A DNA stretch of 64,000 bases from a bacterium (lineage in GTDB: Bacteria > Patescibacteriota > Saccharimonadia > UBA4664): positions 593,034 through 657,033 of the forward strand of contig CP064960.1 in assembly GCA_016699105.1 (NCBI GenBank), read 5' to 3'. The notes under the pieces are model-generated. The model was not told where the DNA came from. It did not search any database and saw only the letters and a list, made by a program, of their open reading frames with translations. The position numbers and the translations under genes are program-made. This document shows, one piece after another, positions 48,413 through 59,065 of this stretch; the first letter of the stretch is position 1; each line of letters opens with the position of its first letter.

Positions 48413-49493
48413 AGGAGTAGAACTGCTCTATATCGGTCAAGCCGATAGTATGGAAGAGCGGATTGTGCGGGCTAAAGGCCTAGCATTTGCGCCCGTGCGC
48501 GCTGGAAAGTTTCGGCGCCGGCATTTCGATTCGGGTGTGGCTAAACTACTCAATCACCAGACACTTGGCCCAAATAGTCGTGACGCTTTCCGAACTGTCG
48601 CTGGTGTACATGACGCCTGGAATGTCATACGACGTTTTAAACCAGATGTAACTTTTATCAAAGGCGGTTTTGTGGGAGTACCAGTGGGACTGGCGGCTCG
48701 TATGTTGGGAGTTCCATATATTATTCATGAATCCGATGTATCACCAGGGTTGGCAAATCGGTTGCTTGGTCGTTGGGCGGCGGCTATCGCCACTGGCTTC
48801 CCAGCTAAATATTATAGTCAATGGCAGGACAAACACGTGGAATTTGTGGGAAACCCGGTGCGACCGGAAATTATGGCGGCTCATCGACTCGCTGGTCTAG
48901 CCAAATTCAAACTTGATGAGAGTCAGCCAGTACTATTGATCACTGGTGGCTCGCAAGGTTCTCGGGAAATCAACGAGGCGGTTTTAGCCGGGCTCGATGA
49001 ATTACTTGAATTGGCACAGATCATTCACGTGACCGGCGAATCGGAATTTGAACGGGTGCAATTTAATCTGAACCGCCAAGCAAGTCAGCCCGATCCGGCA
49101 CGTTATAAAGTATCAGCCTTCTTAAATGCTGAGATGCCGCTGGCACTGGCAGCAGCAGATGTGGTAGTCTGTCGGGCTGGCATGAATACCGTGGCCGAAC
49201 TTGCAGTACTGGAGAAACCGACCATACTAATACCGAACACAGATATGGCAGCGCATCAAATGGCCAACGCGCGGGTGTTGGCGCGGGCAGGGGCAGCCAG
49301 AGTATTGTCAGGCGATTCGGTGACAGCCGCCAAGCTGGTAGGGGAGGTAAGACTCATTCTAAGTGACGAAGCTGAGCAACAGCGTTTAGCCAAGGCCATT
49401 GGTAGCTTCGCCAGTCGACAGGCAGCCGAGGATTTAGCTCAACTTATCCTTAAAATTGGTGCAGCTTCGACCAAAGAGGGGAGTGGGGTATGA
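48327..49493 (+). CDS. murG: UDP-GlcNAc:lipid I N-acetylglucosaminyltransferase MurG
   Basis: N-terminus MKVALSGGGSAGHIMPALAV and C-terminal GT-B domain. GAGAGGG RBS. Confidence 0.9.
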   Translation: MKVALSGGGSAGHIMPALAVCDALQSLHKGVELLYIGQADSMEERIVRAKGLAFAPVRAGKFRRRHFDSGVAKLLNHQTLGPNSRDAFRTVAGVHDAWNVIRRFKPDVTFIKGGFVGVPVGLAARMLGVPYIIHESDVSPGLANRLLGRWAAAIATGFPAKYYSQWQDKHVEFVGNPVRPEIMAAHRLAGLAKFKLDESQPVLLITGGSQGSREINEAVLAGLDELLELAQIIHVTGESEFERVQFNLNRQASQPDPARYKVSAFLNAEMPLALAAADVVVCRAGMNTVAELAVLEKPTILIPNTDMAAHQMANARVLARAGAARVLSGDSVTAAKLVGEVRLILSDEAEQQRLAKAIGSFASRQAAEDLAQLILKIGAASTKEGSGV

Positions 49494-50307
49494 ACGGTCA
49501 ACGCCGGGTCGTGCGTACTGCTCGCGGTGTCTATGGCCGGTCGGTGCCGCTTGCGTCTCCATCCAAACGTCGGGTGCGGTTCGAGTTTGGCTGGACAGTC
49601 AGCCAACGCTTGCGCCGGTTAGCAATTTTACTGGTCGTGGCTGGAGTCTTAGCTGGTGCTGGTATCTGGCTGGTATCGGTACGATCAGTCCAGGTGCGAG
49701 CCGCTGATCAGCAGGATACAATTACCAAGGACATTTGGCAGCATTTAAATGACGGTTGGTGGCCAGCCAATCTCGTGACATTGGATGAAGCGGCATTGGA
49801 ATCAGCTATTCGCGAAGTCCATCCTGTGGTGAAGGATCTCCAATTTAAGCGCCAATGGCCCAGTACCTTGGTGGTAACGGCTGAGCTAAAATCACCGCAA
49901 CTTGTCTGGTATTCGGAAGTCAACTAGCAGTACTCGATGCTGATGGCACAGCCATTGGCGGAATGAGCGCGGCTGATGCCAAATTGCCTGTCGTCTATGA
50001 TGGCAGCAATCTGCCAGTTGAGCCAGGACAGCAAGTAGTGCGGGCCCAGTTTGTGACCTATATTCATGAACTGACGGCAGGGTTAGCTAGTAGGGGAGTT
50101 GGTATTAACAAATTGCGGGTAGGCCAGACGACACTGGATTTGACGGTTGAAACCAATAAGACGTACCAACTCGTTTTCGATACGTCACGTCTAGCAGGGG
50201 AGGGGCTTAGGGATTATGATGCCGTAATTAAATCAGCGACCAACTTGAAGAAACCTATCAATGAATACATTGATTTACGCATTAGTGGTAAGGCGTACTA
50301 TAAGTAG
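49490..50307 (+). CDS. ftsQ: Cell division protein FtsQ/DivIB (POTRA domain), split by a single-base deletion (~49922)
   Basis: N-terminal TM (LAILLVVAGVLAGAGIWLV), POTRA-like region, then C-terminal beta domain in the second ORF. Adding one A joins WYSEV|KLAVLDADGTAIGG. Confidence 0.65.
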
Positions 50308-50689
50308 TAGGCGACCAAAAAGAGTACTCCTCTCTCCCCTTGTCCAGTTCGGTTTTTGTACTTATGAAAATGGAGGTTTAGGCACATAAGTGCGCATTAA
50401 TTCGCTCATCACTGACTAAAAGTTAAGCGAAACTAGATAAAAGACGCCAAAAATGACTAAAAAAGTTCGTAAATAATCAACAGATATTTAAGTGATTAAA
50501 CGGTACTTTTGAGCGCTTTGTAAGCGAGTTGTCGCAAAATATACATTGTGCGACGTTATGCTATCTCACGTTTTCGGGTACGAGTATTGGTCTTTTACCA
50601 TTATTAGACCTGAACTAACCCTCATTTAAGCTTATGTTGGCGTTCTGTTGTGGTGATTCTACCTACTTTGGTGTGGTGGGTATTTGACC

Positions 50690-53400
50690 CTATCGTCGGA
50701 AACTAACTGCCTCACCTGCGGCTAGCTGGGACTTGTCGGTGGTGTTTCCGGAATGGGGGAGTCTGGCTGGTCGGGCGTCGGGTCGTTGACGAGGACGCGC
50801 GGCGTTGGCGTTGGTGTATGAGTTATCTCCCCTGCTCTGGTTTGATCTCGGGGCGTAACTTGGTCGGTTTGACGATGAGGGGGCATTGCTCGTACTGGGA
50901 TTGCGGAGTGACCCGATAAATTCTTTGTTCGTATTTTGTTCCCGAGCTTCGGCTGCTAATTCTTCGGGATCAGCAGTTCGTTGTCTGATATCCTGTTCGA
51001 CTTCAAGCCGTGGTGTAGCTATGAGCTGGCGGTTACCATCAATTATTTGAGCTGTTAAGTCAGCTTCAGGATCGGGCATGCGGAGCGTTGTTGCTGAGAA
51101 TGCTACTGCTTTTTCGCCATTGATAATCATATTAATGAAGATGCTTTGATTATGTAGCCGAGTTAAGTCAGCTGCTTCAAAAACGGGCTCGAAATACTTA
51201 CCCAAAATCGCTGAATCACCAGGCCCAACACGGAAGCTAATCATGGTACCAACGTTTCCGAAGACCGCGTCACGGACGACTTCTGGCATTTGAGCTACAT
51301 ATTGATTGGCTACCGTTAAGTTGAGTCCATACTTGCGAGCTTCAGATAAAATGACGGCAAATGAATCGGTGGCAAAGTTTTGGAATTCGTCGACGTAGAG
51401 ATAGAAGGGTCGCCGGTCTTCCATGGGGACATCGGCCCGGCTCATGGCTGCAAGCTGTATCTTAGTAACCATGAGGGCGCCCAAAATGGCGGCGTTATCC
51501 TCCCTACTTGCCCACGCGAGAGGTTTACAAGCAAGATCTTGCCTTCATCCATGATGTCTGATATTGAAGGCACTTTTTGCTGGCCGATGATGTTACGTAC
51601 CAAGGGGTTCGCCACAAAGGCACCGACTTTGTTTAAGATAGGTGCGACTGCTTCTGAGGCAAATTTTTCATTCCAGGACGCAAATTCGATGGTCCAAAAG
51701 TTCTTGACGATAGGGTCTTTGATCTCTCGGATGACGCGTTTGCGGAAGGTTTTTCGGTAAGCATTCGCGGGATATCGAGCATGGTGGCACCGTCGTAATC
51801 AATGAGCGCCAACAAGGTGTACCGGAGGATGTATTCAAGCCGCGGTCCCCAAGAATCAAACATTCGTTTGAGTACGCCGACTAATTCGGACGATACGTGA
51901 TCGCGCATAGCGGGATCGGTAACTTCCATTGGGTTAAAGGCTATAGGAAAGTCGCGGTCAGCGGGATTGAGATAAACCACATCTTTGACGCGATGAGCAG
52001 GAATATAACGCATGATGTCTGTAACAAAATCACCGTGTGGATCGACAATGGCAAAGCCAACATCGTGATAGATATCAGACAGTGTCAACAATTGAAGTAG
52101 GAATGATTTTCCTGCGCCCGTTTGACCAACAATATACATATGCCGTCCGCGGTCGCGGCGTTTGATGCCAAATTTGAGTCGTTGACCGCGGAAATTGGTC
52201 ATCCCAAATAGACTTATTTCTAGGGCTTCGGCAGATCCTTCCACAGGAACACTCGACGGCGGCTCACTAGTCTTAGCGGTTGTCCAGACGATATTGGGGT
52301 AGCCACAGTTTTGTGAGGTAGATGGTATAACGATGCTAATTCTTCGATATTGAGGATATAGCCGGGATCATAAAACAATCGCGACCGAAAGTCTTCCAGA
52401 AAATCGAGCGAATCATAGGTCTTGGCTACGGCAAAACCATTGAGGTTTGTGGTATTAAACTGTTTGAAGCCACCAACGATGGCTTGGAGTCGCTGCCGGG
52501 CAACAATTTCGTCAGGACCTAAGATGGCGATCCGAATCTTGACTTGATAACCAAGCTTGGTTATTTTTCTTCAATAGCCTTGATGACGCCTTGTTGACCT
52601 GGGCTGAGTTCAACCTTGGCTTCGGCGGTTTTAGTATCGGAGGTAGGAGGTTCATATAAGGCTCGGATGAAGTTGGATAGCACATAAATGGGTACTTGTA
52701 ACAAGCCATCGGTGAGTTTGGACAGCCAATCTTTTTTGGGTCCACCTTTGATAGTTTCAATGTAGTCTTTGCCCTGATCTTGCCAAGAGTCGTCGATGGG
52801 ACGGGCGAGAATCTGAATCCAAACCTCTTCACCGCTCGCTTCCAACTTGGCTAGTACGCCCGTAATGCCGGCTAGCGGGTCAACTTCAAACGACGCAAAC
52901 GTTTTAACGGGTAGTACCGTGTCTTTAGTTAATCCAAGCTCGGCGCCGTAAATAGCCCGTTCCCCTACTTCGGTTAGCGAGTAGTCATCAGCGTTTTCCT
53001 TGATTTGGACTGTCGGGTATTGGGCATAAATCTGACTTTCTAGGAAATCTTTAAGGTGGCGTGGTACCCACACGTAAAACTGGATTGAACTATAATGAGC
53101 AACAATTTCGAAACTGACGTGTTCTTGGGCTTGACTCCCCTTCAGATCACTATCTGGTCGCAAAATACCGTGTAGTGATGCAAACATCTGCTCAGCTGAT
53201 AATTCTTTCTTCTCATTGTCTTTAGGGACATCAATACGCAAGAGGATACTATCGTAAAGGTCTGGCTTGGCGGCAGATGTGGTACTTGACGAAACGCGAT
53301 TTCTATTTTGAAGTATTAGATAACCAAAAACGGCCACGACTATAACCCAGCCGTAGAACTTGAATAATAATAATCCAATCACCTGAAAAATCAGGGTCAA
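50690..53400 (-). CDS. Type IV secretion coupling protein-like ATPase (VirD4/TraG/TraD family, with TraG-D_C-type C-terminal region) carrying an N-terminal membrane domain; fragmented by about four single-base frameshifts (~51502-51504, ~51750-51754, ~52270-52300, ~52564-52568)
   Basis: Walker A MYIVGQTGAGKS and VDPHGDF. Walker B / TraG-D_C block PFYLYVDEFQNF...SEARKYGLNLTVANQ. Homopolymer corrections give a continuous reading (MLTEK|TFRKRVIREIKDPIVKNF...; ...NLSRGQVG|EDNAAILGALMV...). The upstream 279-aa TM-containing ORF (52561..53400) joins in frame if an A5 run is A6, and the downstream frame has no start codon of its own. Family assignment is moderate; the fused architecture is inference. 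Confidence 0.6.
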
Positions 53401-53490
53401 TGGTCCTAATATAAGTGAGGTTATATTTTCGATAGCGCTTACCCTCTCCCCTATCCTACACTGTTTTGCGGGTTATTTGGGTGTTTTACG

Positions 53491-54507
53491 TCAGCTTTTG
53501 AGCTTGTAGGTAGCTTTGGCAGTACGTTCAAACTGCTCTTTTTCTTGGAGATTGAGGATAATGGTCGTTGTTTTGACCTGACGCTTGAGTAGGACTCGGC
53601 GGACAATTTCATCTTTGTGCAGTGGTTGTTCTTCGCGCAAAACACTGGCAATGATCTCGGCAACCGTACCTGGTGTATAGCCCCATTCTGCTAAAGCGTA
53701 GATACCCCGGCCAATGAGAATAAAGCGTTCATCTTTGATGAGCTCGTTGTGGACAGCTTGAACTGTGACATCACGCTTGGATACGCCCAATTGACGGACG
53801 TGTTTTGCTATCTCAGAAAAGTGTAATGGTCGTCCATGACGACCCAATACCAAGTAGGTCTTATCGCGAATACTTTTCGGGTTTACCTCAGGCCAACTTA
53901 TAAGTCCCCATTTGGTATCGAAATTGGCAAGTTTTTTACTAACCGATAAAAGCATCTCAAGCGTTTGATTCTCTAACTGCGATGGCATTTTATTGTTGAC
54001 CTTAGACAATGTCATAGGCTTGCCATAATCCTTTATGACCTTAACTGCTTCGGCAATAAGGGCAATGACTTGAGGTCGTGCATAAATGGGCTTTAGGGTG
54101 ATAGCTTGGCGTAGATCATCATCTTCTGGTATGAGTTCAACACCACTAGATAGTATGGCTAAGAATACAATGTACGGGATATCTAGATCATTGGCACCAA
54201 GCTGTATGGCGACATCATCGGCAAGCGCTATACCACCAGCATTTGCTACTATTTCTTGGAGTATATCACCAGCCTGGGCTACTTCGGATGATCCGACATT
54301 ACTCATTTTGACAATAGCGGCTTTTTCAATTTGGCGGACACGTTCACGGGTGATGCCAAAATCTGAACCAATCTTCTCGAGAGTTTGGCGACGATTCATG
54401 CCGAAACCAAACCGGCGAGAAATTATCTGTCGGTCACGGTCACGGCGCAATTCCTGAAGAATGCGTTCGACGGCGGTCTTGTAGTCGTAGGTTACTGTTG
54501 TGATCAT
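53491..54507 (-). CDS. DNA-binding protein with N-terminal sigma-70 region-4-like HTH and C-terminal winged-helix-like domain
   Basis: QTLEKIGSDFGITRERVRQIEKAAIVKM matches sigma70 region 4.2. C-terminal LHFSEIAKHVRQLGVSKRDVTVQAVHNELI resembles a wHTH. Confidence 0.5.
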   Translation of the reverse strand: MITTVTYDYKTAVERILQELRRDRDRQIISRRFGFGMNRRQTLEKIGSDFGITRERVRQIEKAAIVKMSNVGSSEVAQAGDILQEIVANAGGIALADDVAIQLGANDLDIPYIVFLAILSSGVELIPEDDDLRQAITLKPIYARPQVIALIAEAVKVIKDYGKPMTLSKVNNKMPSQLENQTLEMLLSVSKKLANFDTKWGLISWPEVNPKSIRDKTYLVLGRHGRPLHFSEIAKHVRQLGVSKRDVTVQAVHNELIKDERFILIGRGIYALAEWGYTPGTVAEIIASVLREEQPLHKDEIVRRVLLKRQVKTTTIILNLQEKEQFERTAKATYKLKS

Positions 54508-54562
54508 AATTACTCAGAATTATAAAATATCAGACGACGCGTGTCAACGATTTTACGGAAGT

Positions 54563-55438
54563 CTATAAATCTTCAGCAAAATCACGAATAATCTGCCTCA
54601 ATTCACTATTTGCTGCAGCGACTTCCAGATTGGCACGAAGCCAGTTAGCAGTATTGCCTGAGTCGAGGTAGGTGCCTTTCGTTTGGTGAACTACAATCGG
54701 TAGTTTCGAAGCTGCCATCTGAATGACATCGGTAATGTAGAGCTCTCCCGATTTGGGGTCAGGCTTAACTTTTTTAAGGAAAGGCAAAACTTGTGGGCTG
54801 ATAATGTATTTAGAAATGTTTATCAGATTTGAAGGCGCCTCACCTGGCTCGGGTTTTTCGACTATTTGCTCGAGGTATTCAAAAGAGCCTTGACGCTTGG
54901 TAGCTAATACACCGTAGCGATGCAACTGGTCGGCTGGACACTGGAGAGCGGTTACTGCCGCGTTGGCGCCACTTTGAACAAAGGTGTCAATGAGCTCGGC
55001 TGCTTCAAAGCGACCATCTGTTCGCCAGATAAAATCGTCGCCTCCGGCCACAAAAACAGCTTCATTTTTGGGCAAGTGTGGTTTGGCAACGATGAGTGGT
55101 ACAGCTGTACCATAACCAGCATTTTCGGGCTGCTCCACAAAACTAAACACTGCCTTTTGATGAATTTCTTGCAACTCACGCAAGGCCGACAATTTGCCGA
55201 GTCGGTCAAGTTGTCGCTCGAGTGCGGGATTGCCGGTGTAGTAGTCTTGCATACCATGAGAGTCGGGTCGGATGACAAAAATAATGTGAGTGATGCCACT
55301 GGCGACTAAGTCTGATACCAGGTAATCGATGACGGGCCGGTTTAAGATCGGTAATAATTCTTTTTGGATGGCAGACGTTGCTGGTAGCATGCGCGTACCA
55401 CCACCGGAGGCAAAAATGACTGCTGTTGTGACGTTCAT
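54563..55438 (-). CDS. galU: UTP--glucose-1-phosphate uridylyltransferase (GalU-like sugar nucleotidyltransferase)
   Basis: AVIFASGGGTRMLPATSAIQKELLPIL nucleotidyltransferase signature. Confidence 0.8.
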   Translation of the reverse strand: MNVTTAVIFASGGGTRMLPATSAIQKELLPILNRPVIDYLVSDLVASGITHIIFVIRPDSHGMQDYYTGNPALERQLDRLGKLSALRELQEIHQKAVFSFVEQPENAGYGTAVPLIVAKPHLPKNEAVFVAGGDDFIWRTDGRFEAAELIDTFVQSGANAAVTALQCPADQLHRYGVLATKRQGSFEYLEQIVEKPEPGEAPSNLINISKYIISPQVLPFLKKVKPDPKSGELYITDVIQMAASKLPIVVHQTKGTYLDSGNTANWLRANLEVAAANSELRQIIRDFAEDL

Positions 55439-55452
55439 AATTGATAAACTCC

Positions 55453-56451
55453 TTAACTAAAATAAGCTTGCATAATCAAGCGGGCAGTTTTGTCGGGATG
55501 ATGGCGGATGAGGGTTCGCGGAATAATCTGGTCGGCGGCAGTCAGTTTGGGGATGCTATCGGCGATGATATCACCACCAATGGGTGTAAAGTGTTGTTTG
55601 GCGAGGGTAGTTTGGTCAAAACCAACAGCATATTCCCCTGCTCGAGCATACTTATCAAGTAATTTTTGGCTCGGTTGATGTTGGTTGTAAATGACAAAGT
55701 CGAGGACCGGTTTACCGATAAAACGTTCAATTTCTGTGGCGTAGTCTTGTACCTGAAAATCGTCGGTTTGGCCAGGTTTAGTGACGAGGTTTGAAACGTA
55801 GACAATGCGAGCATTACTATTTGACAACACATCTCCTAACCCAGGTACTACTAGTGTTGGAGCCAAAGAAGCATATAAATTGCCAGGGGCTATGACGACT
55901 AAATCTGCTGTCTCAATAGCGGTTTTGGCTTCAGGATTCAACCGCGAGGTGGGCTCGAGGCTCAGTTGCGGAGGTTGACTACGGTCTATCTTGGCACTTT
56001 CGACTGTATGTTGGCCAATCACGGTAGAACCATCGGGCTGGGTCAAAACGAGCTTGCTATTAGTCAGTGTGACCGGAACGACCCGGCCGGTGATATTGAG
56101 TACCTTACTCGCAGTCCGAACTGCCTGAGCGAAATTGCCAGTTGTTTTTTCGAGAGCAGTCAAAAAGAGGTTGCCAAACGAATGACCGCCAAACGTGCCT
56201 TCGGCGAAGCGGTAGTTGAATAGGTCACGCATGATTTGATCAGACTCAGACAATGCCACTAAACATTGTCGGATATCGCCAGGCGGTAATACGCCTAGCT
56301 CATCCCTGAGACTTCCAGTTGAGCCGCCATCGTCAGACATATTGACGATGGCCGTGATGTCTCGGACATAGTTTTTAAGGCCGGTGAGTACCGTGAAGCT
56401 CCCGGTACCTCCGCCGATAACAACAACTTTGGGACCTTGGTTATGAGTCAT
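55453..56451 (-). CDS. YvcK/CofD-like gluconeogenesis factor family protein (UPF0052)
   Basis: VVIGGGTGSFTVL and GSLRDELGVLPPGDIRQCLVAL. Confidence 0.75.
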   Translation of the reverse strand: MTHNQGPKVVVIGGGTGSFTVLTGLKNYVRDITAIVNMSDDGGSTGSLRDELGVLPPGDIRQCLVALSESDQIMRDLFNYRFAEGTFGGHSFGNLFLTALEKTTGNFAQAVRTASKVLNITGRVVPVTLTNSKLVLTQPDGSTVIGQHTVESAKIDRSQPPQLSLEPTSRLNPEAKTAIETADLVVIAPGNLYASLAPTLVVPGLGDVLSNSNARIVYVSNLVTKPGQTDDFQVQDYATEIERFIGKPVLDFVIYNQHQPSQKLLDKYARAGEYAVGFDQTTLAKQHFTPIGGDIIADSIPKLTAADQIIPRTLIRHHPDKTARLIMQAYFS

Positions 56452-57843
56452 GCAGTAAGTTCCTTTTGACAGAGGTCGGCAAGATTTTTAATACTAATGC
56501 GTTGTTGTTCCATGGTGTCACGGTGGCGTACGGTGACAGTGTGGTCGGTAAGCGTATCAAAATCAATAACCCACACAAGGGGTGCCAATTTCATCTTGAC
56601 GGCGATAGCGTTTGCCAATATTACCGTTATCGTCGTAAACGACATGGCCAAATTGTTGTTTTAATTGTCGATAGACAGTTTGAGCTTGCTCAACCAGCTC
56701 GGATTTGTTACGTAGGAGAGGTGATACAGCGATTTTGATTGGTGCAAGTTCCGGTTTAAACTTGAGGACTACCCTGGTATCTCCCTCCCCGATGGTTTCC
56801 TCATGGTAAGCAGCAGCTAATACAGCGAGAAAATGTCGGTCGAGGCCAAATGTTGGCTCGAGGACGTGCGGAATATACTTTTCGCCAGAGGTTGGGTCAG
56901 TATAGGACAAATCGACTCCGGAGGCTTTGGTGTGATTGGATAAATCAAAATCGGTGCGATAAGCGATAGCGCCAAGTTCTTTGACGCCAAAGGGAAAAGC
57001 ATACTCAAGATCGATGCTTTTCTTGGAATAATGAGCCCTGTCGGCGGCGGGAACATCAAGTTCATGGATATCGGCTTTAGCCAGACCAAGCCGCTCAAAC
57101 CAGGTGTAATACAGTTCCATGAGTCGTTTAAACTCCCCTTCCCATGAGTCGGGCTTAATGAAATATTCAAATTCCATAATTTCGAGTTCACGGACGCGAA
57201 AAATGAAGTCTTTGGCGGTTATTTCATTGCGGAAGTTCTTGCCTATTTGGGCTAACCCAAATGGTAGCCTGGGGTGAAGGCTATCGAGGACATTTTTGAA
57301 GTTTACGAACATTCCTTGAGCAGTCTCAGGTCGTAAATAGACGCGAGCGGAGGTGTCGTCGACCGGTCCGATCTGCGTTTTGAACATCATATTAAACGTG
57401 CGCACATTGCTTAAGGCATTTCCATCAGGGCTTTTAAGCTTCAATTCCTTAATTTTGGCATCCATTTGAGGCACTGTTAAGCTAGCGGCGTCATCAACGC
57501 CGTTATCTTCAAGTAAATGGTCGGCGCGGAAGCGTTTATTGGTAACTAAATCTTCCACTAATGGATCTTCGAATCCAGCGCCGGTATGGCCACTGGCTTC
57601 CCAGACGCGCGCGTTCATCAGGATGGCTGTATCTAGACCGAACATATTGTCTTGTTCAGTCACGAAATGCTTCCACCATAAGTCTTTGATATTGTTTTTG
57701 AGCAGGACACCATATGGGCCATAGTCCCAGGTGCCGCCCAAGCCACCATAAATCTCTGAACCTTGGAATATAAATCCTCGCCGCTTGGTTAGTGCTACAA
57801 GGGTTTCGAGGGTGACATGTGAGGTCTGTTTCATGGTGTGCAT
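56448..57843 (-). CDS. glyQS: Glycyl-tRNA synthetase (alpha2, eukaryote/archaeal-like GlyQS), split by a frameshift at a G/C homopolymer (~56579-56582)
   Basis: Class II core in ORF 56563..57843. The C-terminal anticodon-binding part (IDFDTLTDHTVTVRHRDTMEQQRI) is in ORF 56448..56651. The junction DEIGTP|LVWVIDFD parallels human DEIGVAFGVTIDFD. Confidence 0.85.
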
Positions 57844-57882
57844 TGTATCACGATGGGCGTGCGGTGAAAGGTTTTTTTGGTA

Positions 57883-58590
57883 TTAGGTAGCTCGGACATG
57901 CTCAGCAAAGAATTGCCGAGCATGGGGCAAGGTCAAAGTGGCAAGTGTTTCGGCTCCAACAATATGAGACACTATCTGATATGGTTGGTGGCTCATGAGG
58001 CGCCAAAGTTTGATGCTTGCAGTTGATATGTCGGCTGCACCGGGTAATGCGCAATATTGGCAGACTAAGCCTCCGCGATGAGGGTCGAAATGATACTGAC
58101 GGTCAGCTGTATCATGCCCACACAACAAACAGCCACTCAGTTCGGGTTGGTAACCTAAACTCGATGCTACTTGTAACCGATACCATAATTCGACGAGTGC
58201 GGGAGGGCTGCCGGCATCGAGCTCACTAATAAGTGTTTTGAGTGCTAAGTAAGCGGGTGCCTGAGGCTGACCAGTTTCAAGTAAGCGTTCGAGTAGAACC
58301 GCCAGCGTTAACGCTGGATCGAGCAGTTGCCAATTTTTTGCTAGTTGGTGCGGATAATATAGCAAGCGGGCACCAGTAATGACATCTATGTTACTACGGC
58401 CAGTAGTGAGGCTGAGCATCACGGTACCAAGCGGCTCTAGATGACCAGCCAGTCGGCTTTTTATCTTGCGGACGCCGCGCGCGACAGCGCTGATTTTACC
58501 GTAATCAGGAGTGATAAATCGAATAATTCGATCCGACTCACCAAAATTAGTACGCCCAATAACCAAACCGGTTGTTTGGTAGCTCGGCAT
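57883..58590 (-). CDS. recO: DNA repair protein RecO
   Basis: N-terminal OB fold and Zn finger CLLCGHD...CQYC. Confidence 0.8.
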   Translation of the reverse strand: MPSYQTTGLVIGRTNFGESDRIIRFITPDYGKISAVARGVRKIKSRLAGHLEPLGTVMLSLTTGRSNIDVITGARLLYYPHQLAKNWQLLDPALTLAVLLERLLETGQPQAPAYLALKTLISELDAGSPPALVELWYRLQVASSLGYQPELSGCLLCGHDTADRQYHFDPHRGGLVCQYCALPGAADISTASIKLWRLMSHQPYQIVSHIVGAETLATLTLPHARQFFAEHVRAT

Positions 58591-58608
58591 GCTAATGTTG
58601 ACTCCTAA

Positions 58609-59022
58609 TTATTTATTGGTTGACGGCGGTTGGTTCTGCTGCCGGTGGTTGCCCATCACTTTCACGGCTTTGGCAACGACTTCATCGGGTGTGTGATGAC
58701 TCTTAATTAGGTAATCATTGACGCCGAGAGCTTTGGCTAGCTCTTGATTCATGTCTACCTCGGCCTGGCCCAAGTTGGTTAGCAGAATGACGGGAATCTG
58801 GCGTAAATTAGGTTGCTTCTTGATCTCTTTGAGTACATGAAAACCGTTGAGTTTGGGCATAAGAATATCGAGTAAGATGAGATCCGGTTCAAACTCTTCG
58901 AGCACTTTAAGGCAGTCTTCACCGTTAGTGGCTACCTTGACGTCGTGTCCTTCGAGTTCAAATTTAGCTTGGTACATTTCTACCAGGATTGTATCGTCTT
59001 CTACTAGCAAAATCTTGGCCAT
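58609..59022 (-). CDS. Single-domain response regulator (CheY-like receiver only)
   Basis: MAKILLVEDD...LLDILMPKLNG...LLTNLGQ (phospho-acceptor Asp context), K (LIKSH). No output domain. Confidence 0.8.
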   Translation of the reverse strand: MAKILLVEDDTILVEMYQAKFELEGHDVKVATNGEDCLKVLEEFEPDLILLDILMPKLNGFHVLKEIKKQPNLRQIPVILLTNLGQAEVDMNQELAKALGVNDYLIKSHHTPDEVVAKAVKVMGNHRQQNQPPSTNK

Positions 59023-59065
59023 GAATCCTCCTAAAGCGTCCCTGTGCACTTCTAGTGTAGCGGAC

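Noticed and set aside
50308-50689. tRNA, small RNA or mobile-element remnant in the AT-rich ftsQ-T4CP intergenic region (also checked 20640-20880 and 41813-42131)
   Set aside because: No tRNA-like T-loop (GTTCRANYC) or acceptor-stem pairing was found, and no inverted terminal repeats or transposase/integrase ORFs. Treated as plain intergenic or promoter DNA.
51380-51760. Plus-strand ORF 51380..51760 between the two halves of the type-IV coupling ATPase
   Set aside because: It is antisense to a continuous, homolog-like reading of the minus strand once two homopolymer indels are allowed. No independent support.
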